From positions 190,831 through 254,830 of the forward strand of contig JAPMXV010000012.1 in the NCBI GenBank assembly GCA_026936335.1: 64,000 nt of DNA, read 5' to 3'. This stretch comes from Mantamonas sphyraenae STR306 (lineage: Eukaryota; Protista; CRuMs). The position numbers were made by a program, and so were the translations under genes. The notes beneath the pieces were generated by a model. That model had not been told where the DNA came from. It worked only from the letters and a program-made list of their open reading frames with translations, and searched no databases. Within the stretch, counting starts at the first letter, position 1, and each line of letters starts with the position of its first letter. This document shows positions 1 through 9,386 of this stretch, one piece after another.

Positions 1-2
1 CC

Positions 3-536
3 ATCATTCGGACCGCACGTCCGTGTAGTACTGTATCCGCCTCCTCACTAAAGGGAGGTGGGAAGTACAACGTCGCGTGTGCCCCCGGAGATTCTGGTGG
101 ACCGGTTTGTCTTCTACACATGCCTGCAGAATCATGGCTTCACGAGAAGAAGAACACAGTGAACATGGGGATAACCCGGCCATTTTGTTTGCTTGGCATC
201 CACACGGGTGGTGGTCTCGCTGACTACGCGTCAATGTCAAGCAGCACTGAAGCCATCGGAAACTTCTCTGGAGCAGCCGCATTGCTGTCCATAGGCGACT
301 GGACACCGGTGAATGCATACGAAGAGGCGCAACCACAGGCACAAGGACAAGCGCAACCGCAGGCACAAGAAGTGGCACAAGAAGAGGCGCAACCACAGGC
401 ACAAGGACAAGCGCAACCGCAGGCACAAGAAGTGGCACAAGAAGAGGCGCAACCACAGGCACAAGGACAAGCGCAACCGCAGGCACAAGAAGTGGCACAA
501 GAAGAGGCGCAACCACAGGCACAAGAGGACGCGTAA
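3..536 (+). CDS. 3' part of a trypsin-like (S1/PA clan) serine peptidase with a Q/A/E-rich repeat tail; 5' end lies outside the window
   Basis: The frame of ORF 120..536 is open back to base 3. It reads KYNVACAPGDSGGPVCLL (GDSGGP catalytic-Ser motif at 87-104) and later FCLLGIHTGG. Stop TAA at 534-536. Confidence 0.7.
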   Translation: MIRTARPCSTVSASSLKGGGKYNVACAPGDSGGPVCLLHMPAESWLHEKKNTVNMGITRPFCLLGIHTGGGLADYASMSSSTEAIGNFSGAAALLSIGDWTPVNAYEEAQPQAQGQAQPQAQEVAQEEAQPQAQGQAQPQAQEVAQEEAQPQAQGQAQPQAQEVAQEEAQPQAQEDA

Positions 537-1010
537 GAAAGCGATCAAGAGAGTTGTGTGACCACGGGAGGCGCTTCTAGGGAACCCGAGCACAGAAAGA
601 CTCAACGGAGGTTGGCTGCCACTGTTGGCCATCATCTGTTGCAGGAGAGTGAGTGCAGGCGAGGCTGTGCGGCTGCGGCCCTGTTTGCGGGGCATGAACT
701 TTTTGAAGCTCTTGCGGCTTTCGATCACTCGCGTCTTTGCGTTCCTGCGTTGCTTTGCGCCGCCGCTGTTGGCGCTGCCGTCTTCTATGGGCGGACACGA
801 GGACGATCGTTCAACACGCATGCGTTTGAAGCTGCCTTGTGAGAGGGAGAAGCCTCTGGCGACGACGACGTCGTCGTCCTGATCTTCCTCCTCGTCCTCC
901 TCGTCCTCGGTGTCGCTGTCACGGCTCCGCTTGATCCGCGTGTGCGACGTGACCGACATCTGCTGCGAGGCAACAAAGACCTCCTGGCTGAGAGACTCGC
1001 CCGCAGACAT
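237..1010 (-). CDS. Hypothetical low-complexity acidic/basic protein; true 3' end uncertain
   Basis: ATG at 1010 (MSAGESLSQEVF). Acidic tract, basic patches and several SQ motifs. The ORF continues antisense through the protease repeat to 237. Confidence 0.45.
   Translation of the reverse strand: MSAGESLSQEVFVASQQMSVTSHTRIKRSRDSDTEDEEDEEEDQDDDVVVARGFSLSQGSFKRMRVERSSSCPPIEDGSANSGGAKQRRNAKTRVIESRKSFKKFMPRKQGRSRTASPALTLLQQMMANSGSQPPLSLSVLGFPRSASRGHTTLLIAFLRVLLCLWLRLFLCHFLCLRLRLSLCLWLRLFLCHFLCLRLRLSLCLWLRLFLCHFLCLRLRLSLCLWLRLFVCIHRCPVAYGQQCGCSREVSDGFSAA
321..527 (+). repeat. 60-bp perfect coding tandem repeat, ~3.4 copies (EEAQPQAQGQAQPQAQEVAQ)
   Basis: Identical 60-mers start at 321, 381 and 441, with a partial copy from 501. 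Confidence 0.97.
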
Positions 1011-1075
1011 GCGTGTTTCCGTTTCATCGTCCACGCGGAGTCGTTGCAGGCGCATCGGGAACCAAGCGAAGCGAA

Positions 1076-1854
1076 ATGTTTGCTCGAATTGCGAAGCAGC
1101 ACCCTCAGCCACACACTGTTGCCAAAACCGCCTGTGCGGTGGTGGGCATGAACGGTACACGTGGGCTGCACACGCTGGGTGGAGCCGTGATGGAGAGCAG
1201 CACGAGAGAAGCAGGTGGAGCACGCGAGGTGTCGCTTGCCAACACGGCGCCGCAGGTGAGCCGCCACGTGTTGGTGCGCTGTGGACTTCCGCGTGAGGAA
1301 TGGCCAGCAAAGCCGGAATTGGAAATCGAAGCGGTGCGGCTGTTGAACGAGGCAGTGATGCGTGAGAACGGCAGCAGTGTCAAAGTGACGTGCACCTCGC
1401 AGGCGTCGAGCCACGAGGATGCTCTGGATCTGATTGTGTTGCCGGACATGGTGCAGGTGACCCAGGTGCACACGGAGCAGTATGACGACGTGGCTGCGTG
1501 GCTGGCTGGCGTGCGCGAGCAGCCGGAAAAAGTGTGCACGGAGCCGCTTGGGCAGGCCCAGGCACTGGTTGTGTGCACCCATGGCAACCGAGACAAACGC
1601 TGTGGCACCCAGGGTGTGTGCAGACGTATGAGAAGCTTGTGGAAGAGGTGGATGGTGACGATGTGGTTGTGCTGGAGTCGACTCACGTTAGCGGCCACGC
1701 ACACGCACCCAACGTCATCTGCTATCCTGCATCTCAGTGGCTGGGCAAGCTGGACATCGACTCTGTTGCACATGTGTGCAACTGCGTCCTTGCAGGCGAT
1801 GCGCCGCCAGCCGAGTTTGATCGTGGGGTGGCCAAGGCTCCCGCGAACGAGTGA
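1076..1854 (+). CDS. Sucrase/ferredoxin-like thioredoxin-fold [2Fe-2S] protein (Apd1/Aim32 family), possibly mitochondrial; frameshift at ~1615
   Basis: VCTHGNRDKRCG (C-x8-C) in one frame, then ESTHVSGHAHAPNVICYP in the next frame. N-terminal RHVLV..WP motif. MFARIAK...RGLH resembles a presequence. Removing 2 nt at GGTGTGTGCAG joins the frames. Confidence 0.85.
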
Positions 1855-1925
1855 GAGAGCGGAGGGATTCATTTGTGTGTGTGTGAGGAAGGGAGGGAGG
1901 GAGGGGTGGGGCGGGGAGGTGCCGG

Positions 1926-2457
1926 CTACCAGAGACGCTTCTGGGTGAAGCTGAGCACGAGATAGAGTGCGACTGCGATTGGCCAGCCCTCCCACGTCCT
2001 TTCGTGTTGACCCACGGAGGATGAGGAGGAAGACGACGAGCCAGCAGATGATGAGGATGAAGTATGATGATGATGATGATGATGAGAACGTGTAGCACCG
2101 CCGCTATTGCTGTGTGTGGACGACGACGATGGAGCAAGGAGGGAGGCGTCTGCCACCGAGTTGCCCCAGAGCTTCTCCTGCGAGTCCAGAGACCGTGAGG
2201 CAGCCATGGCCTCCTGTTTAAGCACCTCGATGCGCTGCAGACGCAATTCGATGGCATTCTGCAATTCGATGGCCGGTTCAAACTCGCCTGTGGCCATGCG
2301 TTCCCGTTCCTGCTGTTCGCGGTCCACCAGCGACTTGACTTCCGACACACGCATTGCCGTCTCCCTACTCTCGTCCTCCAGACGAGCCAGCATGGTGGTG
2401 ATCTGCTCCAAAGAGGCCAGTGGCACACCCACACAAGCAGACGAGGAGGATGATGAT

Positions 2458-2489
<32 letters not shown>

Positions 2490-3531
2490 GGGGACAAAGG
2501 ACGACGCCCACTCGCAGCTATCTTGAGCAAGGTAGAATTCGTCGCCGTCACTGTCGACCGTGCATGTGTCTGACAGTGTGTGTTGGGCCGCCTTGCGCTC
2601 GCTGTACAGGTCTGGGATGAGCTGGCCGGCAAATTTGGTGCGCCAGTCGGCCAGGCAGGCGTTGATCTTGGCCACACGGAGCGGTTGGTAGGAACTCAGC
2701 ATGGAAATGAAGGAGGAGGAAATCCAGCCACAGAGGTTGATGTGTGTGACCATGGTGACTCTGCTGGCGTCGCTGTTGTCCGGCAGGGGCTGGATGACAA
2801 ACCCGGAAAGCAACAGGTTGGCGCGCACGTAGTGGCTCTGCAGGGGCACGGTTTGGTCTTCGTTGGGCACACTCTGGGCGTAGATGACGTAAGTGCCATC
2901 ATCCAACAGCACAAAGCCACTGTCAGCCACCACGTCGCGCGGATAAAAGGCCAGGCGGCCCAGGAAGTTGAGGTGCAGCAATTGGCGATCTTCCGCAAGC
3001 TGCTTCACCACAGATCCATGCGAAAACATCTGCCAGCAGAGCGGATGGGAGGCCAGAGGACGGCGTGTGAGTGTGGACACACGGTGGATGTCAAGTGAAT
3101 GGGAGGGTGGGTGAGGGTGCACACAGATGCAGTGTGGCAGTGGGGTGTATGGGGGGTGGGGGGAAAGTGGCGGTGGGTGACGGGAGGACGTGAACGCACT
3201 CGATCCCACTCGACTCGTGCGCCAATGTCTTTGACATAGTGAAAGACCACATGGGCAGGGGCGTTGACAATGCCCACACCACGCACACAGGGCGCCTCTA
3301 TTGTTGTGTCGTCGTACTCGGAGGAGACGAGACGGGAGATTTCGACTGCGCGAGGGTGGTGGTGGTGGTGGTCAGCACGACGGGACAACAACAACAAAAT
3401 GAACGGTGGGACTCACCTCCATTCTTGACATCCACCAGTTCCCACGCATTGTCGCTGTCGTTGCTGTTGGACGCATCCCCATGTCCAGCAGCACTCAGCA
3501 TGGCGTCTACCAGCTCCTCGCGGCTTCGCAT
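1926..3531 (-). CDS. START-domain lipid-transfer protein with coiled coil and C-terminal membrane anchor; introns 3346-3416 and 3030-3199
   Basis: Spliced product WELVDVKNGVEIS...RVEWDRMF...PRDVV...YVRA..SGFVIQP...HINLCGWI fits START. GT-AG introns restore the frame. Hydrophobic tail WPIAVALYLVLSF. Confidence 0.85.
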
Positions 3532-3728
3532 CGTCGTGAGGATTGCCTTGCCTCCACCAGCGCACAGCAACGCAGCGGTGAGAAGGGAAGGGGAGGAAGG
3601 AGGGGGGAAAGAGGGGAGGAGGAGGAGGAGGAGGAGGGGTGGAGTGGTGGGGAAGGCAAAAGGATTCGGATTTGGCATCATGTCAACATCGACAGAAAGG
3701 GGGGATCATCCATCCATGTTGCATTTCA

Positions 3729-4487
3729 TCACTTGTTGGTTGTCTTGTTGCCTGTGGTTGCCTTTTCGTCGGCATTGGAGAGGGCACTCTGGTTTGCGGG
3801 GGTGCTTGTGACGGAGCCGTTGCCCGGCGAGCTTGCGCCAGGCGTGGTGGGGTTGGCAGCCAGATCCAATGAACGCATGGCCGAGGAGCCGGAAGAGGTG
3901 GATGAGAGGTTTGCGGCTCCTGCATCCTTGCTCGGGGTGCTTGCCCCCTCGTCGTCGGCGGCAGCAGCGGCGGCGCCACCCGTCCCGCCAAAGGCACGAG
4001 GTTGCCCTGCCTCTCGAGGCGTCTCACACATCCGACAGTACTCGTCGCTGGCTGAGTTGCCATAGGCACAGGCAAAACAAACCCAGCCGCCGGTGCCTTG
4101 GACGGGCGAGGCAAAGGAGGCCATGGAAGAGTCCATGGAGCCGTCGTCAAGGCCGGCGTACGGATTGTACCCAAAGCCCGAAGCGCCGGCGCCTGCTGAG
4201 CCGCCCCCCATCCCAGAGAGGGCGCCACTGCCGTCCAAATCCCCACCTGCCATGAGCATCATGGAGTTGCTCTGTCGCTGTGGGTTCTTCATGCTCTGGA
4301 TTTCCTCCCAGATGCGCACCCTGTGGCCCACACTCTTGACGCCGATTTCCTTCAGGTGCTCCTCGTTGATGCGCAGAAGGATGTACTCGTCAATGTCATG
4401 TTCGTCAAACATCTCGCTGTATGCGCGTGCCTTGCTGTATGGGATGCCCACGCTGATGAAAAACTCGGTTGCATCCCACCCACTCAT
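3729..4487 (-). CDS. SAM domain + RanBP2-type zinc finger protein
   Basis: YSEMFDEHDIDEYILLRINEEHLKEIGVKSVGHRVRI (SAM) and WVCFACAYGNSASDEYCRMCETPR (W-x-C-x2-C-x3-N-x6-C-x2-C). Confidence 0.88.
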   Translation of the reverse strand: MSGWDATEFFISVGIPYSKARAYSEMFDEHDIDEYILLRINEEHLKEIGVKSVGHRVRIWEEIQSMKNPQRQSNSMMLMAGGDLDGSGALSGMGGGSAGAGASGFGYNPYAGLDDGSMDSSMASFASPVQGTGGWVCFACAYGNSASDEYCRMCETPREAGQPRAFGGTGGAAAAAADDEGASTPSKDAGAANLSSTSSGSSAMRSLDLAANPTTPGASSPGNGSVTSTPANQSALSNADEKATTGNKTTNK

Positions 4488-4692
4488 CGTTGCCAAGGGG
4501 GTTTGGGGGTTTGCGTTGCATCGATCGGTGACTGACCACGTGGGATGCAGGATAGGAACCCCCGGTGAGATGATGGGTGGAGGAACAGACAGACAGAGAG
4601 AGAGAGAGTGTGTGTGTGTGTGGATGTGTGGATGTGTGGACGGGAAGGTGCGACGATGCACCCAACCCAACAACACTTCCCACCTCACTCTC

Positions 4693-5235
4693 ATGTCGAG
4701 CACTGGAGAAACCTATCTGTTTGAACCATCGCTGCTGGCAAAGGCGCTGGCAGAGGATGAGTCGTTTACGGTGGACGAGGACGGTGTGGTGCACTTTGGA
4801 GACTTTGTGGTGAGACCACTGGCCCTGGGCGACTACAGCCGTGGGTTCCTGGACGTGCTGGCAGAGCTGACGACGGTGGGTGAGGTCAGCGAGGAGACAT
4901 TTGGGGCCCAGTTTGAACGCATGCAAAAGGTGGGTGGCTACTTCATTGTGGTGCTGGTGGACGAAAACGACAAGGTGGCCGGGTCGGGCACGGTGGCCAT
5001 GGAACAAAAGTTCATCCACGCCACCAGCTGCGTGGGCCACATCGAAGACATTGTGGTCAGCGAGAGCCAGCGAGGCAAGCATGCAGGCAAGGCCATCATC
5101 GAGGCACTCAAGGCCTTGGGCAAGCAGGCAGGTGCGTACAAGTTGATTCTCGACTGCGCGCAGCACAACGTCGCCTTCTACGAGAAGTGCGATTTCAAGG
5201 TCAAGGAGGTGCAGATGGTGTTGTACTATGAATGA
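4693..5235 (+). CDS. GNA1: Glucosamine-6-phosphate N-acetyltransferase
   Basis: RPLALGDYSRGFLDVLAELTTVG, EQKFIH, GHIEDIVV..SQRGK, YKLILDC...NVAFYEKC. Confidence 0.95.
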   Translation: MSSTGETYLFEPSLLAKALAEDESFTVDEDGVVHFGDFVVRPLALGDYSRGFLDVLAELTTVGEVSEETFGAQFERMQKVGGYFIVVLVDENDKVAGSGTVAMEQKFIHATSCVGHIEDIVVSESQRGKHAGKAIIEALKALGKQAGAYKLILDCAQHNVAFYEKCDFKVKEVQMVLYYE

Positions 5236-5420
5236 ATGGACGAATGGACGAATGAAGTGGATGCATTGATGCGTGAAACAAAGTCACTGGTTGTGAGAAA
5301 GGTGGTTGGAAAGGGCGTTTTGCAGGATCCTTCCAGAAAAGCGGATGCTTCTGCGTTGCGTGTGTGGCCGCTTCTGGCCGGCTGACACGCAACGCAACCA
5401 AAGCACAGGGGATCGCAGGG

Positions 5421-6675
5421 TCATTGCACCCCGAGAGCATGACACCAAAGGAGATGCTGCTCCTGGACAGCCTCATGCATGCGTGCAACGACGTCTGCGG
5501 GTTCCCAGCGTGGGCTGTACGGATAGTCGGGCACGGAACGATGGACGGCCTTGAGGTTGTTCTGCATCTGTACACTGTGCATGGTGATGGTGGGTGTGGT
5601 TGTGGGATGGTCATCGGCCAGAGTAAAGGTCAACACCACAGGCAGCAGTTTGTCTGCCACATAGAAGGACACGGTGGACCAGTGCACGTCATCACACTCC
5701 AGGGTGCTTCCATAGTGGCCACGCAACGCTTGGATGAGTGCCTGCTTGGCAGACACACTCTGGAGTTGCCGTTCTACCACCTGGCTCAGCCGCTCCTGCA
5801 CGATAATCACAAATTCCATCAGACTCATCTGGGCACCCCACGTCGGCGGCTGCACCTTGGCCCACGTCGGATACTCTGTGGGAAAGTACACTGCAATCGC
5901 AGGCGAGCTGTGCGGATACGTGTCGGGAAAGATGACCAGCAGCCGTGGTCGCTCGTTGCCCACCTGCGCCCCCCGGGAACGCGTGTTTGTTGTTGTTGTT
6001 GTGAGTGTGCGCTCTGTGTGTTTGCCATTCCTCTTGACATGCCATCCATGCCACCCACCTGCTGTGCAAATGTGTCTGACACCTCCAGCGGCACCTGAAA
6101 GTGCACCTGCAGGCCTTCGCCCTCTTGCTGCACCACGCGATATTGTGCGTCCTGCATAGGCCCCCATGGACACCGTGTCAGCAATGGATGATGGTGGCTC
6201 GTTCTACATGGGCTGGGGTGCCACAGACCGAATGGCACCGCCTATGGCCTTGTGCGAGGGCTGGGGAACAACGAACCGGTGCTTCGGACATGACCTGCAG
6301 TTCAAACTGGATCGCCTCGTTGGCCACCTGCATGACCAGCTGCTTGTGATGCGCACTGTACGCGGAAAGGACATTGTCCAGGATGGCCACCAGCGCGGTT
6401 TCGTCGCCAATTTCCCACGTCTGCATGGCTGGAACGTCGTCAAGGGCCACTGTAAACTGGTCGCCTTCGCCCAGCACAATGTCCGGCGGCACCTCTGGCT
6501 GGTTCAGGTTGAAAACAACCTCCCACTGCACCGAATGCCCGCAGTACGGAATGGTGATCATGCACCGGTCCACTTCACTCGGTTGGCCAGCCTGTTTGCC
6601 CACGCGTAAGTTTGACACTTGGAACCGCCCGTCCTGCGCCACGGCGCTGAGTTGTGCGGCGAATGACGTCGACAT
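5421..6675 (-). CDS. BABAM2: BRE/BRCC45 (BRCA1-A/BRISC subunit) homolog; two introns (~6153-6277 and ~5963-6059)
   Basis: DRCMITIPYCGHSVQWEVVFN..PEVPPD at the N-terminus and YPYSPRW near the C-terminus. A short middle exon DAQYRVVQQ...FAQQ is bounded by GT-AG. Confidence 0.85.
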
Positions 6676-6748
6676 CCAACACTTGGTTCGAAGGGCGCAG
6701 CACACTGGAGATTTGAAATGCAAAAGTCCTTTTTTTTTGTCTGCCACC

Positions 6749-9199
6749 TCATCCTCGACCAAAACCCACCAGCGACACCGATGTCGAAGTGGACGAAGTC
6801 TCTTCGACCACCTCCATCCGCCTGCCCGAGGTGGAACGAGGCCTGGACGACGATGATGACGATGATCCACTGATCTCTTCGCGTTCCATGGCGTCGACGT
6901 TGTCCTCGTCCTCGTCGTCCTCGTCGTCTTGAATGTCCTCCTCGCTGTATGCGTCGCGTTCTCCTCGCTTGACACGACGTACAGCTGCACTGGGACTAGC
7001 ATGCACCAGAGGAGGGGCTGTCCAGCGCAGCAGGTCGTCGTGGATGCTGCTGGCCAGGCACTCGCGTCGTGCGCTGCTCAGTTCCGTGTCAAGCTCGCTC
7101 AGCTCTGTCCGCCTTTGCACAAGCATCTCCTGGCCCGCTTGGTCTGCCTGCGAGTCTGCTTCCAGCAAATGGACCATCAGCGCAGCACACCCGGCCACCG
7201 TTTCCCGGTCGCTCACACTGCCTGCCACTGTGTGTGCCGCCTCGGCCAGCTGCAGAGCCTTGCGGCTGCTTTTCCCTCGCTTTGTCAGCACCTGGGCTGC
7301 GCGAAGCATCAACACAGCTCCATACTGCTTGTTTTGTAGGGTGCTGTGTGCTACTCCGGCCGCCTTGCTCAGCTGTTTCTTGGCCTCGTGCAGCGCCGAT
7401 GCGTTGGACTCGGGGTTCAGTTCGCCTGCCACTGCCTTGATGTGTGCACGCACAGCCTGGTGTAAAGCTTCCAACTGTGTCCACTGCTGCACCTGCTTCC
7501 TCTCCTCCAACTGCTCCAGGATTTGCAGCGCCTCTGGGTGGCAGTCGACATCGCGCGCCAGAACAAGCACCTGCGCCAAGCGTGCAAACGCCTCCAGCTC
7601 GTTGTTCTGCACGCCGCTTTGGTTGCGTGCTCGCGCTGCCTTGAGTTGTGTCAACGCAGCGTCCCATTCCTCGTGGCTCATGGCGTACAGGGCAATGGCC
7701 AGGTGCAGCCACGCCATTTGTTCGTGCTGCATCAGAAACTGCACACTCGTGTCTCGTGTGCACAGCTCCACCATGCGCTGCAGCACATCTCGCGCCTCGC
7801 TCCACCCACATGCTCCCATCTCGCTCAGAAACTCGTGCATCAGCGCGTCCCAACGCACCAGCATAGCCATTTGCATCTGCTTGCTTGGGAAGTTGCGGTC
7901 GCCGTCACGTTCCCGCAATTCCTGCTCCACAACATCCAGAGTCTCATGCAACTGGCCAAACAAGCCCTGCATCTCTTCCGACGTGCTCTCCTTGGACGCC
8001 AGCGCAGCTTCAAGCAGCATCGTCACAAGCAACACCTCGCGGCGCTCTAGCCACCGGTACAACACGCACTGTGCCTCCTTGCGCTTCTCCACGTACACCA
8101 CTGTGGCCAACGCCCCTTCCACGTTTCCAGTTGCTGCCCATTTCCCCACCCGTGCGCTCAGATTCTCCACCATCGGGCGTGCCAGATCTGCGCGTCCGTG
8201 CAGAAGCAGCAGTTGCGCCTCGTGCACCTTGAGCTGCGTGTCAAACACATCCCACTGTGTGTCCAGAGCGCCTTCATCCCTTGGTTTTCTCTGTTTCTCC
8301 TCCTCCTCTTGGTCTTCGTCCAACAGCAGGGCCTCGTCGTCTCCCTCGTCGTCGTCCTGCGTTCCCTCAAGGTGTGCGTCCAAGTGCACTCTGCACCACT
8401 CCAGCTCTTCCTCTGCACCTGGGTTTCTCATGTCCACCAGAACAGCAAGCTTGCCCATGTGTGCGGCCACGTTGAGTGCCTCAGCCTGCTCCTTCTCAGC
8501 AAGAAGCGCCAGCTCCTCGTAGCGCTCCAGGGCCACCTCGTGTTCGCCCATGCTCAGCCTCAGCTGGGCCTCGTGCATCACTGCTGCATACACCCCAGCC
8601 ATGTAACCCATCCTATGCGCCGCCATGGCCACGTTTCCGTGTCAGTATCCTTCCTGTCCGTCGTTGCGGGGCGGGGGCACACGCAAAGTTTTTTCACGCG
8701 GTGGACTGATCACTTACTCCTGCGCCAGCTCCCGCCGCTTCTGGTTGTACTTGCACGCCTCCTTAAAGTCCTCCTGGTCCTCGTAGCAAGCCACCGCGGA
8801 TGCGTAAGCGTCTAGAAGCATCTCCAGGTGGCTTGAATCCTGTACATGGGGAGAAAGAACCCGGGGCGGGGTGAGTGGTCTGGCTGTTCCTGATCAGGAA
8901 CCGTCCCGGAGACGTACGTGGTCGTTCAACTCGCGCAGCTGCACGTGGATGTGATTGAGCACATCGGCACTGTCGTGGCAAAGGTACATCAGCACCTGGA
9001 TCAGGTCGTGTCTGCATAGTAGCAGCGTGGCCTGGTCCACCGTCCAGGCGTCTCGTTCGTCCAGGGTATCCGCAAGCTTGCGCCGATGAACCATCTCGTT
9101 CTGGCGGCACACACATTGTAGTAGCACGCTTGCATCTGCATACTCTGCGTCTTGCATATGCTGTGCAGCCTGGTCCACAAACAGCTGCAACGTCGCCAT
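6749..9199 (-). CDS. MAU2: MAU2/Scc4 cohesin-loader subunit homolog (TPR-like); introns 8840-8917 and 8613-8717
   Basis: LYRWLERREVLLVTMLL, AWLHLAIALYAMS..WDAALTQL and EAKKQLSKA..L.NKQ resemble MAU2 segments. Three exons join in frame. Confidence 0.7.
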
Positions 9200-9386
9200 C
9201 TCGCCTCGTCGTTTGGTTCGTATGGTCGCCACCGCGCGTTTGTCACCATCAAGGCAGAAGAGTCCACAGAGCACACGTGGGTGGATGTGCAATGACCACT
9301 CTTCACCTTTGTCCTTCTTTGCGTCCTGCTGCTTCCTGTCCACCCGCGGCCGCCGACCCACCTCAATCGTCCCCCCTCACCGCCCC

